The notes beneath the pieces were generated by a model that did no database searches, had not been told where the DNA came from, and was given only the letters and a program-made list of their open reading frames with translations. A DNA stretch of 64,000 bases from Lingula anatina (Eukaryota > Animalia > Brachiopoda): positions 16,244,001 through 16,308,000 of the forward strand of contig CM120642.1 in NCBI GenBank assembly GCA_051362555.1. The letters are read 5' to 3'. A program made the position numbers and the translations under genes. Below are positions 1 to 11,586 of the stretch, in pieces (position 1 is the stretch's first letter; each line of letters begins with the position of its first letter).

Positions 1-46
1 CAATAAATATAAAATGTATTAAATAAATGAGTGTAAGAATTGTCGT

Positions 47-2190
47 CTATTTCTTTCGGGGTTTCTTCTTTTTGGGCTTTAGTTTAGCGTCGGCCAATTC
101 CTGACCTTGTCTTTTAATGTCGTCTCGCGTCAGAACGTCCGTGTCATCAGTGTGGCTATCGTAGTGGAAGTCTGGAATTAATTAAGATGATAGCATGATT
201 ATGTTTTGGCGTGTATATTAGTAATGCTGTATTAAATTAATTTATTTGTCAACTCTTGGGTTCAGAGTTTCAACAAGGGCCCAGGGGTTAACAAATGACA
301 AATTAAGCGGGTCAAATGATTGGAATACACTAGTAGGCTACATTCCCTGCAAAAAGGTCGCATACATATATAAATAGAGAAATTGTATTCTTTTATCGAT
401 TCGTCACATTCGTCAAATTAATAATTGACATACTGTGTGCGCGATGTTTGTCAAGTGGAGCCTAAAGGCACACAGTGAGTGTTTTAACATTAAATCAAAC
501 CCTTATGAAGACAAACAATTTAAAATATCTCCACTTCAAGAAACCATACCCAAAGCCACTGTGCAATTACAATATCTAAAACTTTGTGCGTGATCTTATT
601 TTCTCATCTTGTAGTTACCCTCATAAATGACCAGAAACAGTCGTGATAATCAGAATACATAACTCTACTTTTCAAATTAGTGGGGTAACTTTTAGTGTCA
701 GTGAGTTGGCCTACCTGTGAGAGATCCCAGGCTTTCAGCGAGGTGGATCCTCACATTGGTGGAAGGAAGCCTGGACTCCAGGAACTCATGGTACTGTAAG
801 GAGAGTTAGAGGTGAACGGAAAGATATCATACACTGAAACCCATCATTTCATTTTGTTTTTCAAAACTTTCAAGTATCACGCTCACTTTCTGAAATGGCA
901 GTGGGGTTGTGCAATGTTTTTTCTTATTCCATACATATTCTGTTTAGGTGGGGCATTTTTTGTTAAATAGTGACACCGCACAATGGGTTCTAACCATGCG
1001 AACGACTTTATTAAAAATGGTATCAAAATGTTCAATATAATGTGGATAAATAGCATGCTTACGCAGCAAAAACGACCTAGTGCCTACTGCTTTAAACAGC
1101 TTACTGTAATAATTAATAAACAGATAAATAAGGCTATTACATCTCTGAATTGATCCCAATTTAATATTGTTCATAAACAGCAAAACCGAAATCCTATTAC
1201 GATGGGTTGAATCATACATGAATCCCAATATAGATTATAGCGATAGCGACTTCAATTACTAGGGCGATCCATAACATCTACATTTACTTTTTTGCCCTGC
1301 ACTTTAATAAAAGCAGCTAGATATATACGCGTCAATACCAGATATATCATAAAACAATATATAGCATAAGTGCGCACCGAAAATAACAGAAAACAGTAAA
1401 TGCTTTTTATCTTGAAGAACACTTTATAACTCGAAGATCTATGCAGCTGTAAAACACGTCGATACATTACCTCAGGTGCCGATATATTTTCCTCGGCGTC
1501 CTCTATCTGTTTGACGTCAACAGATTCCAACAACGCGGACAGCTTTGCCTTGCACAGCTCTAAATCGTGCTTTAAGTTACCAGTACGGGGACGATTGTGT
1601 GGCTGAAATGGAGATGAAATTGTGACACTTGTTTACTTGTGATCCTTCTCATAGTTGCTGAGATTAATGAAAAGTTAACACGTTTTCTTTGCAGACCATT
1701 TTCAAAAAATAAAAAAAAGGTTCATTTAAAGCTAACAAATTTTTGTAGCGCGAACATTTTACTTCGCAATTATTTAACGCTAGTATATCGGCGCCCATGA
1801 TTGCTCACTGGTTCAAAAGAAAATGAGAAGTTAAACTGATTAATATAAAAGAAAGAGATTCTTAAGAACGGCTGCAAAGAGTCATGTTACGTACCGGCTT
1901 TAGTGTGATACCATGCAGCTTCTTGAGAAGGTTGTCAGTGGCGACGGACAGGGTCTGGTAGAGTTTCTTCCCATTAAGAACTTTCTTCTCTGTTCTCCAA
2001 TGCTGATCCCAAAGCTTCCTCAGCTGGTCCTGCTTCTCCTCCAGCTTCCGTTCACCGCTTCATGCGAGAGAAAAAACAATGATATTACGAAAACGAGGTA
2101 CATTGATTAAATGTGAGAGTAAAAACGTTTGTTTTAGCAAAACCATGCAAACTTCCCTATCTTCTAGCTAACACCACACCCTGCCCCCCT

Positions 2191-2233
<43 letters not shown>

Positions 2234-2236
2234 CTC

Positions 2237-2272
<36 letters not shown>

Positions 2273-4837
2273 GTATATAAAGATAAACACTGCTGAACGT
2301 TTGAAAGAACAAACACGCACTCTTGCAGTACGCTCTTTTCCTCTCCATAATATCTTTCGTTACTCTTTTCAAATGACCAACCATATTTAAAAAGACATTC
2401 CAAAAGAGATATCGCTGACTTACTCCGACAAAGCTTTTTCTCCCGTGTATCGGAGGTCGTGGTAGATCTGCAGCATTCGCTCCTTTTCCCTTAGCAGCTG
2501 GTTCCTCTTTCCCTCCAGCTGCTGGCGTTTTTGTTCTAACTGCTGCCGTTTCTCGTCCTGCATCTCCACGCGTATGACCACATCCTAGGGCAAGGCAAAA
2601 ACATCAACATACGAGAGATTAGCCATTATAATGGTAATAGATTAATTTTCTAGACTAAAGGATTTTACGTGATGGGATGAACTCCGGTGTGTGCTTGTGA
2701 TGCTCTTGGCCTATAGCGTCAATCTCCCAGAAAAAATCTGACACATATACAAATGAAATATTGAAGAGGGTGCGTACAAGGTATTTTATCATATATTTCA
2801 TATTACTGTTGACTGAAGAACTCACACATGGTTATGAACACACAGCAAAAGAAAATATACAGATGAAAGGATGGTACAAAATAAAAATAATTGTAAATCA
2901 ATCAAAGTATACAAAAACCGTCCCTTTGATCGAAAAATATGATGAGAGACAGATACCGTCTCTCACAATTTTTTATTTCATGTCTGACTTTATCTGGCGT
3001 TCAATGGTTCCTCTCACATTAATTTTTCCACGAGAGAATATTAATATCCTATAAGGTACGTTTGAGAATGGGTATGTTTGACCCCAATGTTGATGCCAAT
3101 CTTAGAATGCATGAATTCCGTGGAGTTTTGTAAAGATTCTGAGAAATCGGGTCAGTGGTGAGAGTGATATATTTTTTTCTTGTTAATGAATCACCATTGC
3201 CTTTACTTACGGATATGTCAGAGACCAGCGTCGCTTCTTTTATTCTGTCAAATGCCTCTTCGTACGTCAAAATCTTGGTCTGGTTCTGCCGCTGTCGCTG
3301 CTGTTCTGCCTGTGCTTTTTGGTCTGGAACAGAAAACAAGTGTAGTCCTGTAATGAATATGATAACGCTCCGTTTCCACGTTTATTTATCAGTTACTTAT
3401 TACCTTATTTTTTATCTTTATGACTGTTTGTGGTTCCAGAATAGGCATCGCTTATTTTGCGGGCTCGCTTTCTTTGTTCATTCTTTTATAATGGGCCCTC
3501 ACCTTGATGGGATTCGCCATATAGAGTATGCCTCGCACCCTGCAACGATAAACGAATTTTTCACCATTAAGTTTACCATTTCCCCAGATTTGTTTAAACA
3601 TTTTCCCCATATCAGTGCTTTTTCCATTACTTTGTGAACTATTTTAACTAAATATTTAAAGATACGTTATTTACGCCATCCAAATCTACCCGTACAACAT
3701 TCCTCCATACAGCCTCGTATTGGCCCAGAACTTCACCTTCTTTTCCATCTTGTCCACCGATTCCTTCCTCCGCTCAACCTCCTTCCGAGTCGCCACCAGC
3801 TCCTGGTCTCTTTTCCGCCTTCCGTCAAAGATTTCTTGTTCCATTCTCGACAGTTCCATCTTAGAGTAAAACGAGAAAGAGAGAGAGGCAATTAATACCA
3901 AATTTTAATTATTTAACTTTTAATTATTAGAATAACTTGCCCTATGTTTTGTGAGACTAAACACTCAACAACAACAATAATAATAATAATGTATATGAAA
4001 TCAACCCAGGAGTCGTTCTCGCAAGATTCAGCTCGGATCGTACATTGCCGGGATCCAAGAGACTGGTGTGGCAGGAATGTTGGTCCGCTGGAACCGTGAT
4101 TCCCCATTACTTTGTACAGGTCTTCTTCGTCTCATACATTAACCTCAAATACACTAACCCTAACCTGTACTAATCATATGGGACACCGGACGTCTATTCT
4201 TGTCACACTGAAAGAGAGATCTGTACGTACCTTGGCCTCCTCGCCGGCGGCCTGGGCCTGCTTGTTCATCACGGTAAGCTCTTTCAGTTCGTCCGTCACC
4301 TCCATCAACTCGGACTCCAGAACTTCCAATTTGGCGGGGAACAGTAATTGCTCCTGTCAAACAGATCGGTCTTGGTGTAATGACAAATATTAAAAACAAA
4401 CAACTTACTTAATCACCCTCATGAATCTTGAAAGAATGCATAATGTATACTCGTAAATTTTTTGTATCATGTTCCTTATTACCGATCTGCTGATCGGTGT
4501 CACGGCACAGCTTCACGAGCTGTGTTCCAGCTGGCTACGTGAACTTTCGTTATTCTAGCCAAAGATCATAGCAAATGAAGGAAAGAGTTTAATATAAGAA
4601 TGAAAAGGGCGGTGCAGAAACTTTCACAAATTTAAGTATATTTTCTAATGATGTCCTTTTAAGCAATGCGTTTTAATTACAAATATATAAATAAGCCAAT
4701 AGTTAATTTGTTTGCAAAAACGCGAATTACGGATTTTTGGTCAGGTATTTGAAGGACATGGATATCTACTACTTGATTAATCTGACACGTAACGTGATGC
4801 TCAATTTTGAGGCTGAAGTAAAATATTCTAAAAAATT

Positions 4838-4868
<31 letters not shown>

Positions 4869-7201
4869 GAAAAAATAATATTTCCAGCTGGCCTTACTAA
4901 CCTCTTTCAATTTCTCCACGATGGCTTCGTACTGCGAGCTGATATTGCGGGCGGTCTGGCACTTCATGAGGGCTTTGTCCAGGGAGTTCTCTAGAAGACG
5001 AGTGTGCTGAAAGGGAGCAAAAATAGAATGTATTTGGATTGCCCACAACAAGAGGACTTGCGGACAGCAAATATTACTTGTCTCCTGACACACTTATTTA
5101 TTTATTTTGGCAATCATTCGTTCGATCCCCCAGCTCAGGTGTATTTCACGAAAGGACTTCGTCCAGATCACGAAGATTACCAGATCTGAACTGTTTTAAC
5201 CACAACTGAGGTATGATATAGGCATGCTATTTTTGTGACACTGAGGCCCATGTTACCATGGCAACAGAGCAGCCGTGATCGTATAGTGGTTAGTACTTCT
5301 CGTTGTGGCCGAGACAACCCAGGTTCGAATCCTGGTCACGGCAATACTGAACTTTTTACGCTTCTAAAAATATTTACTGACAAATAAATAAATAAATAAA
5401 TAAATAATAAATAAATAAATGCATAAAAAGGAAATACCGCACCCCACTATCAAATTTTAATCTAATTTAAAATTCTTTACGTAGCTGGTACTGTACAATC
5501 ATTCTAATTCAATGTAAAGCGCATAAAAAGCAGATTTGCACTGCATTTCGTGTCATTACTTGTCATCAAAAACATTCCCCAACAGAAACTTAACTAGTTC
5601 TCCCTTTTCATGGCATAATATTTCTGGATTTGTAAACATTTGAGCATATATGGGCTGTTCCGGAAGGAAGAATGCTAAGAGACATAAACGTAAACATAAA
5701 CGTAAACATTCCGGAACAACCTGTGATACACTATTCCTTTCACAACTCTTTTTTTTCACGAAATCAATGTCCATGAACCAAGTATCATATGAATGTTTAT
5801 ATATTACCCTCATTTCCTCCGAGTCGCACTCTTCCTTGGCCAGTATGTCTGCCATGCGATCTAGTTCTGCCTGTAACTCCTGTACCTTCAGCTCCCTCTG
5901 CACGCGCTGGTGGCGTAATTCGTTCAGCTGATTTGCTGTCTCGCACATTTTTTGATCAACGGCTTCTATCGCTGTCTGGAAATTTTGAGATTCAATAAAA
6001 TTTGTGGCTGATTTACTTATTTGTTATCCAATACGAAGTTGTGTATTTCAAAGTAAATGAAATCTGCAAAGATAATATCGTTACTCTTGAATATGACTAG
6101 AATAATTTAAGACCCAGTTGTACATTTTCCAACTCAATTAATTGGTTTTTAAACAAATGGTGGTATAGGTTAATTTCTACATTTTAGGGGTTAAATTGAC
6201 CAGAAGTAAATGCAAGTATGATATATACCTCTGCGCTATACCTTTGCATCGACAAACGTTCCTTGCGTCGGTTTTGAAAAACAGCTTTGATGACTTTTTC
6301 GTCCCCCTGAAATATGGATAATTATTACAGTGGTCATTTAAGTACTCTAAGTAAGGCCTACCTAAACGAATTAACGATTTTTCTTTCGTAAAAAAAAATC
6401 ATAATCATAATCCGGCAGCATTTTTCTCAAGAAAGCGTCGTCTTAACCACTTTTATGACCCCAACCCATAATCACTATTTTTTCTCACTGCACTATATTC
6501 GTATTACTTTCTTAATTTTCAATGCTTGTTTCATTTTCTAACTTCTATTTCTAGTCCCTTTTTTTAATAAACCCTGATTTTCATACATGTGCATCCTTTT
6601 TAACATCAACGATCTTTTTATTCTTTCTTTTCTTTTCTTTTTTCACATTTTTAAACCTGTTCAGTGCGTATCTCGATAAATGTGGACTCTTTTTCGTATT
6701 AATGAAAATCATCGGAGAGAGCCCAAAGTCAGAGGTCACAGACTGCACCACACTTGTCTCTTTCCTGCTAGTTAACATTAAATTAATCCAAACACCAAAC
6801 CCGTAATGTCGTAAAAAATTTTAAGTTAGATTCTAACAGCATAACTATTGGATTTTCTAACTTATATCTCAATGCCTATTTGATTCAGCTAGTCAAAATT
6901 CTAATTGCAAGAGGGGGACCATTGTCGTGATTTTTTTTCAGAAATTGAAGGGGGTGTCTGTCCCCCCCCCCCCCTGACACCCCGGGCCCCCTATACCCGC
7001 CACTGCTGTGGATGGTGTTTGAGGGATATTCAAACCCATGGATTGTACCTCTATGGTTGAAAATTTTGTAGTTACTTTTAAAACAATAACTGGAAATGTT
7101 GGAAACTATTTAAGATATTTTATTTCAGTGCGCTAAAACAGCTTGGAGGAGTTATTTAGAAAATACTGGTCATTTTACAACTAAATTGATTTCAAACTAT
7201 A

Positions 7202-7245
<44 letters not shown>

Positions 7246-10200
7246 GAAAAGGTGTGAGAGTCTGCGTGAGGTGGGACTTAGTGCGAAAAGTTTCTTATGG
7301 GTCATGGGTCTTATATGTACTATTTTTATTTTTAAAAAATGTTTTCATAAAAAGAAATTGATGCTGAAAAACAGGCAGAGTCAACGAAATGTTAAGATGT
7401 GAAGTCCTTTAAAAGGCATTTAGCGTATTTAGAAGGCATTCATTGATCGTCCAAAACATGTATGTAAATTGTTTTAAGAAATCATTTCAGGTAGTTGGCG
7501 ATGCAGTTTCAAATAGTATTAATTAATTGTTTTTACTTACGTTCGTAAAAAAGCCAAGCCCAATGTAACCACTCTGCATCTCTACCATCTAAAAAGTGAA
7601 CCATATTTAGGAGAATTACAAATTTCTATAAGGGGAGATTGATTACATGCCTACATACCATTCTAAAACAAGGGATTTGCGACATCGGCGATGGTACAAT
7701 GGTAAGGACGTCGGATTCCCTAACCTGCAGTGTCAGGTTCAACACCCACGTTGAGTGAATGGTTTTCTTTTATTAACGTGTTTTAAATACTTTAATTTCA
7801 AGGTAAAGAGTACAGGTAAATACACCAAGAAATGCAGGTGTCATTGTGTCCTCGTCGGTGGCGCAATGGGTAGCGCACCTATATGGTTACGAAGCCTTCT
7901 TCGACGCCGACAGACACGAAGACGCCTGGAGTAGGTTACGTGTAGGCCAGGCTAGGTGTAGGTCAGATTAGGCTAAGGTGTAGGTCAGCCTAGGAATAGC
8001 CTAGGAGTTAGTTACGAGTAGGAAAAAAACTTAGAAAACCAAATAGGCATTCAGATATAAGTTAGAAAATCCAACAGGTCAGCCTAGGAATAGCCTAGGA
8101 GTTAGCTACGAGTAGGAAAAAAACTTAGAAAACCAAATAGGCATTGAGATATAAGTTAGAAAATCCAATAGGCATTGACAAAAAATAAAAACGGTTTTGC
8201 TGTAAGAATATCGCTTTAAATTTTTTTCTGACATTTCCAGTTTGGTGTTTGGATTAATTTAATGTTATCTGACAGGAAAGAGACAAGTGTGTTGCAGTCT
8301 GTAACCTCTGACTTTTGGCTTTCTGGGATGATTTTCATTAATACGAGAAGAAGTCCACATTTATCGATATACGCATTGAACAGGTTTAAAAGTGTGAAAA
8401 AGAAAAGAAAAGAAAGAATAAAAAGATCGTGGATCAGATCAGGCAAAGGTGTAGATCAGCCTAGAAGTAGCCTAGGAGTGAGCAAGCAGTAGGAAAAGAG
8501 TTAGAAAATCAATTTGTATTAGGAATTGAAAAATAAGAAAGTAATACAAATGAAAGGCTGTGAAAATATAGGATAGGGAAACAGGGTAACTCTCGAAAGC
8601 ATATAATCGCTTGGACACGAATTGGTTAACACAGTATGATGATTCCCTCTGGCAGAGCCGCAGATTAATTATGTATATTTTTTTCCTCGCGTCGTGTCAC
8701 GAATTAGCCAGAGACATGCTATATATCTTGTAAATATCTAGTAAAAATCATTCTGTCACCCTGGTAGAGGGTAGTAGGATAACATGTTCGGATTACATCT
8801 CTTAAGTAAATTGTCAAAGGCACTGATTACATACAACAATAAAAATTATCTGAGGTAGCCTAAATGAAGCGTGGATACTTAGGGAGCATTCCCAGACCCT
8901 ATCATATTAACTGTAGATCGATCCATCTCCGAGGGAATTCTCGATAAATTGCAATTCAACTTAAACAACTTAGATGTCTGACACGCCTACTGAAGCTGCT
9001 AGGGGGTAATTGACTATCGTTTAGCAGCTTCAGTAGGAGTGCCAGACATCTAAGCCGCTTAAGCTGAAAGCAATTTAGACCGTTCTAGGTATTGGAATCT
9101 AGTCTTAGTGTCTTCATGCCAGAAATTGCGTGAAGTGGGGCTCACCTTTCAGAAAAAACGCACAGAGGCTTTTATGGGCCACGGTAATCTTTAACACCTG
9201 AAGCCACTGATCTTTTATGGTTTGTCTCTTACATACTCCATGTTTATTTTAAAATGTTTTTATAAAAGTAATAAATACTGAAGGTGTGCAGTGCTGCACT
9301 TTGCTTTTATTTGTTGTCGCAACGCACGTGCCAGTCTCACGTAGGCCTACTCTGTCATTTTTATAAACCCTCTCTCCTTCAAAGTTTCCGAGACTTCATT
9401 TGTTCAATATATATAGACTCTGCTCTGTCTGCATGAGGAAATCCAGCAGGGCCGTAGCCTGAGCAAAATGCCAGGGGGGGCAGTAAGCGGACACGAGAGG
9501 GCGAAGCTACCGAGGGGGGTGGGTGTGGTGTGTAAAATTCCAAATTCCAGGGGGGGCAGCTGCCCCCCCTGCCCCCCCGGAGGCTACCTGTCCAGAGATT
9601 GAAATGTTAGCAGTACTGACCCCCCCTCCTTCGATTTCTGACAAAAATCACCCCAATGGTCCCCTCTTGAAATTAGAATTTTGATTGGCTGAATCATAGT
9701 TCTTAACCGTACCAAATGGCACCGTTCGCCCTCTAAAATATCAAAAATTTTCTGAGCCCTGCAGCGGGCCCCGAACCCCATGCCAAGGAAGGAGTGGGGA
9801 GGGTCGGCTTCGCACCCGCGGACCCCTCCTTCAAATAATCCTGGATCCGACCCTGGTGATATATTTTTCAGAAATCGAAGGGGGGAGGGGGGTCAGGACC
9901 CCCCTGATCCCCCCCCTCCCCTCTAAATCCGCCACTGCCTACATGTAGGACAGGCAATAGGCAATGGGCAGACGATACACATTGTGCCCTAGCTTTGGCC
10001 TTCAACAGTTGCACCTTTCCCTTCCCACGCAGGAGTTAGCCACTGTTTCACCACACATATACTGGTGCGTCATTTGAGAGAGATAGATTCATCATTTTCA
10101 GTTTTGCTATTAAGAAACAACAAATCTCTTACATTAACACCCTCGGCCAGAGCTATTCTTTTGGCCTTAATATCCTGTCGCAGGAATGCAATGAGATCAT

Positions 10201-10325
10201 CATTCTTCTTCCTTTCTAACTGGGAGCTTTCATAAAGGGCCTGGCGGTCTCGGCCTGTAAATAAATAATAATAATAATAATGATAACAAAAAGAAGGCGA
10301 AAAAGAAGAAGATTTTTAGCGTGCA

Positions 10326-10407
<82 letters not shown>

Positions 10408-10540
10408 GTTTTATTTAATCTTGAATAGACCTGTTTTGGTTACCTTTAAGATTCACCTTTCCACGCAGTTCTTCAACTTCAGATTGAAGGGGCCAAATTT
10501 CGCGAATGTTCTTTTTTACGTCGACCTGATTCTGCGGCAT
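47..10540 (-). CDS. ODAD3: Outer dynein arm docking complex subunit 3 / CCDC151-like coiled-coil protein, 14 coding exons, about 541 aa
   Basis: Manually spliced GT-AG exons, in transcript order: 10444-10540, 10133-10254, 6229-6306, 5808-5975, 4902-5006, 4231-4353, 3737-3859, 3503-3539, 3211-3323, 2424-2584, 1895-2057, 1471-1602, 715-793, 47-171. All phases are compatible (1626 nt, ATG to TAG). Peptides DRQALYESSQ, GDEKVIKAVF, LENSLDKALMKC, ILTYEEAFDRIKEATLVSD, RLPSTNVRI and VLTRDDIKRQGQ...KKKK match the CCDC151 family as I recall it. Ortholog versus paralog is untested. Confidence 0.85.
2193..2272. repeat. Compound (CA)n(CT)n microsatellite
   Basis: Directly visible; it produces the spurious ERER/VCVC ORFs. 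Confidence 0.95.
4064..4210. mobile_element. Small MITE-like element with GTGTGRCAGGAAT...ATTCYTGTCACAC termini and internal taaccctaacc
   Basis: Imperfect terminal inverted repeats. A related copy lies at 56781-56924 and a lone terminus at 53696-53714. Confidence 0.5.
5252..5265. promoter_or_regulatory. RFX X-box motif GTTACCATGGCAAC
   Basis: Matches the GTTNCCATGGNAAC consensus and lies in intron 4 of a motile-cilia gene. Confidence 0.55.
5272..5343 (+). tRNA. tRNA-His(GTG)
   Basis: GCCGTGATCGTATAGTGGTTAGTACTTCTCGTTGTGGCCGAGACAACCCAGGTTCGAATCCTGGTCACGGCA forms a full cloverleaf with anticodon GTG at 5305-5307 and intact A/B boxes. There is no encoded G-1, as expected in eukaryotes. Confidence 0.97.
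5353..5357 (+). terminator. Pol III T5 terminator of the tRNA-His gene
   Basis: TTTTT starting 10 nt downstream of the discriminator base. Confidence 0.75.
7683..7757 (+). pseudogene. Degenerate tRNA-like sequence (tRNA pseudogene or tRNA-derived SINE head)
   Basis: A-box-like TGGTACAATGG and B-box-like GGTTCAACACC at tRNA spacing, but the stems pair poorly. A second A-box-like half (TGGCGCAATGGGTAGCGC) occurs near 7859. Confidence 0.4.
7982..8169. repeat. 94-bp direct tandem duplication
   Basis: aggtcagcctaggaatagcc...gaaaatccaa starts at both 7982 and 8076, with few mismatches. Confidence 0.9.
8945..9077. repeat. Hairpin with about 57-bp imperfect stem and 20-nt loop, part of a dispersed repeat
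   Basis: 8945-9001 pairs with 9022-9077. Segment 8881-9020 is also similar to 34031-34145. Confidence 0.75.
9447..9590. mobile_element. GC-rich CAG...CTG MITE with 5-bp TSD (TCCAG), nested in an older element ending ctggatccgaccctg at 9855
   Basis: Termini cagggccgtagcc / ggctacctg, with TCCAG at 9442-9446 and 9591-9595. Confidence 0.65.
10328..10404. repeat. (TA)n microsatellite in ODAD3 intron 1
   Basis: Directly visible. Confidence 0.95.
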
Positions 10541-11586
10541 TTTTTATAAATAAAAATGATGTCGGAATATGTCAAAATTAAATGAAACGAGATAAAGGAG
10601 AACTAAACATAAAATGAAAAGAAACAATATGGCCTAACTGCGACGACGGTTGAAGTAACTATGGTATCACGGCGCTGTCACGTGGCGTGCTGTAACGTAA
10701 TGCGCTTATGACGTTGATTATGTAGGCCTAATCATATTTACTGCAGTCAGTCTTTTCGCCTTTTTTTTTAGGTTTTCTAATCTCTGTTTTGTAAGCTTGT
10801 TAGAACTATGTAGTCATTTTAATCATGCTATTGTTACAAGAAATTTGTATAGTCTGTTATTTTTCTTAGTTCTGATTTTTCAGCCAAGGGGCCTACCAAA
10901 ACTAGACTCTCAATTAGGCCCTATTGTTAATTTTAGTTCAGTGTTGTTGTTGTTGTTGTTCGTCATCATAATCATCATCCTCATCATCACCTTTTTTCCT
11001 TCATATTGGGTCTTCGAAATGTGAATCTTGAAGTTAGAAATTGGGCCCTAAACGTGTCCTAAATTGTGCCTATGGGCCTAGCCAATATGTTTAAAGTTTA
11101 GCGGGCCTAAATGTTGGTGCATATAGCCCAAAAAAGTGCAGTGGGCTTCGTAAATTTGCTTCCTAGATTGGACGTCTTATTTGTAATAGGCTGTAGATTA
11201 GTAATAAAAGCGGCAATATTTCAATTAGGCTCCTATTTTAAGGACAAGACTAAAATTAAAGCTGATAGCTAGGGCCTGTTTAGAGTAGGCCTACCTAAAC
11301 ATTATTTTGACATAGAATGATAGAATAAAAAATTTCTTCAAACGGTCGTTGTAAAACACATTGAAAAGCGGTTCGTTACTCAATGGCGTTCAAAAAATCG
11401 ACTAATAGAAAAAGTGTTGGTTGTGGTAGAGATGGTTGCCATTATCGACGCAACAACTGCAATGCGTGTATATTTCACTGCGCAATATTTGATGACGTCA
11501 TCGATATTGCCGCACATACTGGTCAGCCCGCCGTGTGGAGCGAAAACGTTGTTTAGCCTAAATCAGTGTTTTTTTCAAAATATGGT
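10541..11586. promoter_or_regulatory. Probable bidirectional promoter region (ODAD3 on minus, RalGPS on plus)
   Basis: CpG-retaining segment with an X-box-like GTAACTATGGTATC (10655-10668), a CRE palindrome TGACGTCA (11493-11500) and a strong plus-strand donor ATG|GTGAGT (11582-11590). Confidence 0.5.

Larger units (their letters stand above)
6475..8575. repeat. Long imperfect inverted repeat; arms about 6475-6885 and 8133-8575
   Basis: The arms are reverse complements. The near-identical ORFs 6581-6778(-) and 8262-8492(+) are simply the two arms. Confidence 0.8.

Noticed and set aside
2157-2403. ORFs with ERER/VCVC runs (also 26918-27368, 10280-10549, 30899-31165, 52001-52330)
   Set aside because: Translations of microsatellites.
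4533-4560. Minus-strand gaaagttcacgt hairpin reminiscent of group II intron domain V
   Set aside because: No AGC catalytic triad and no other group II domains.
6581-8492. Two similar ORFs (MLTSRKETSV / MLSDRKETSV) that look like duplicated genes
   Set aside because: They are the arms of an intronic inverted repeat, start at non-ATG codons and show no protein features.
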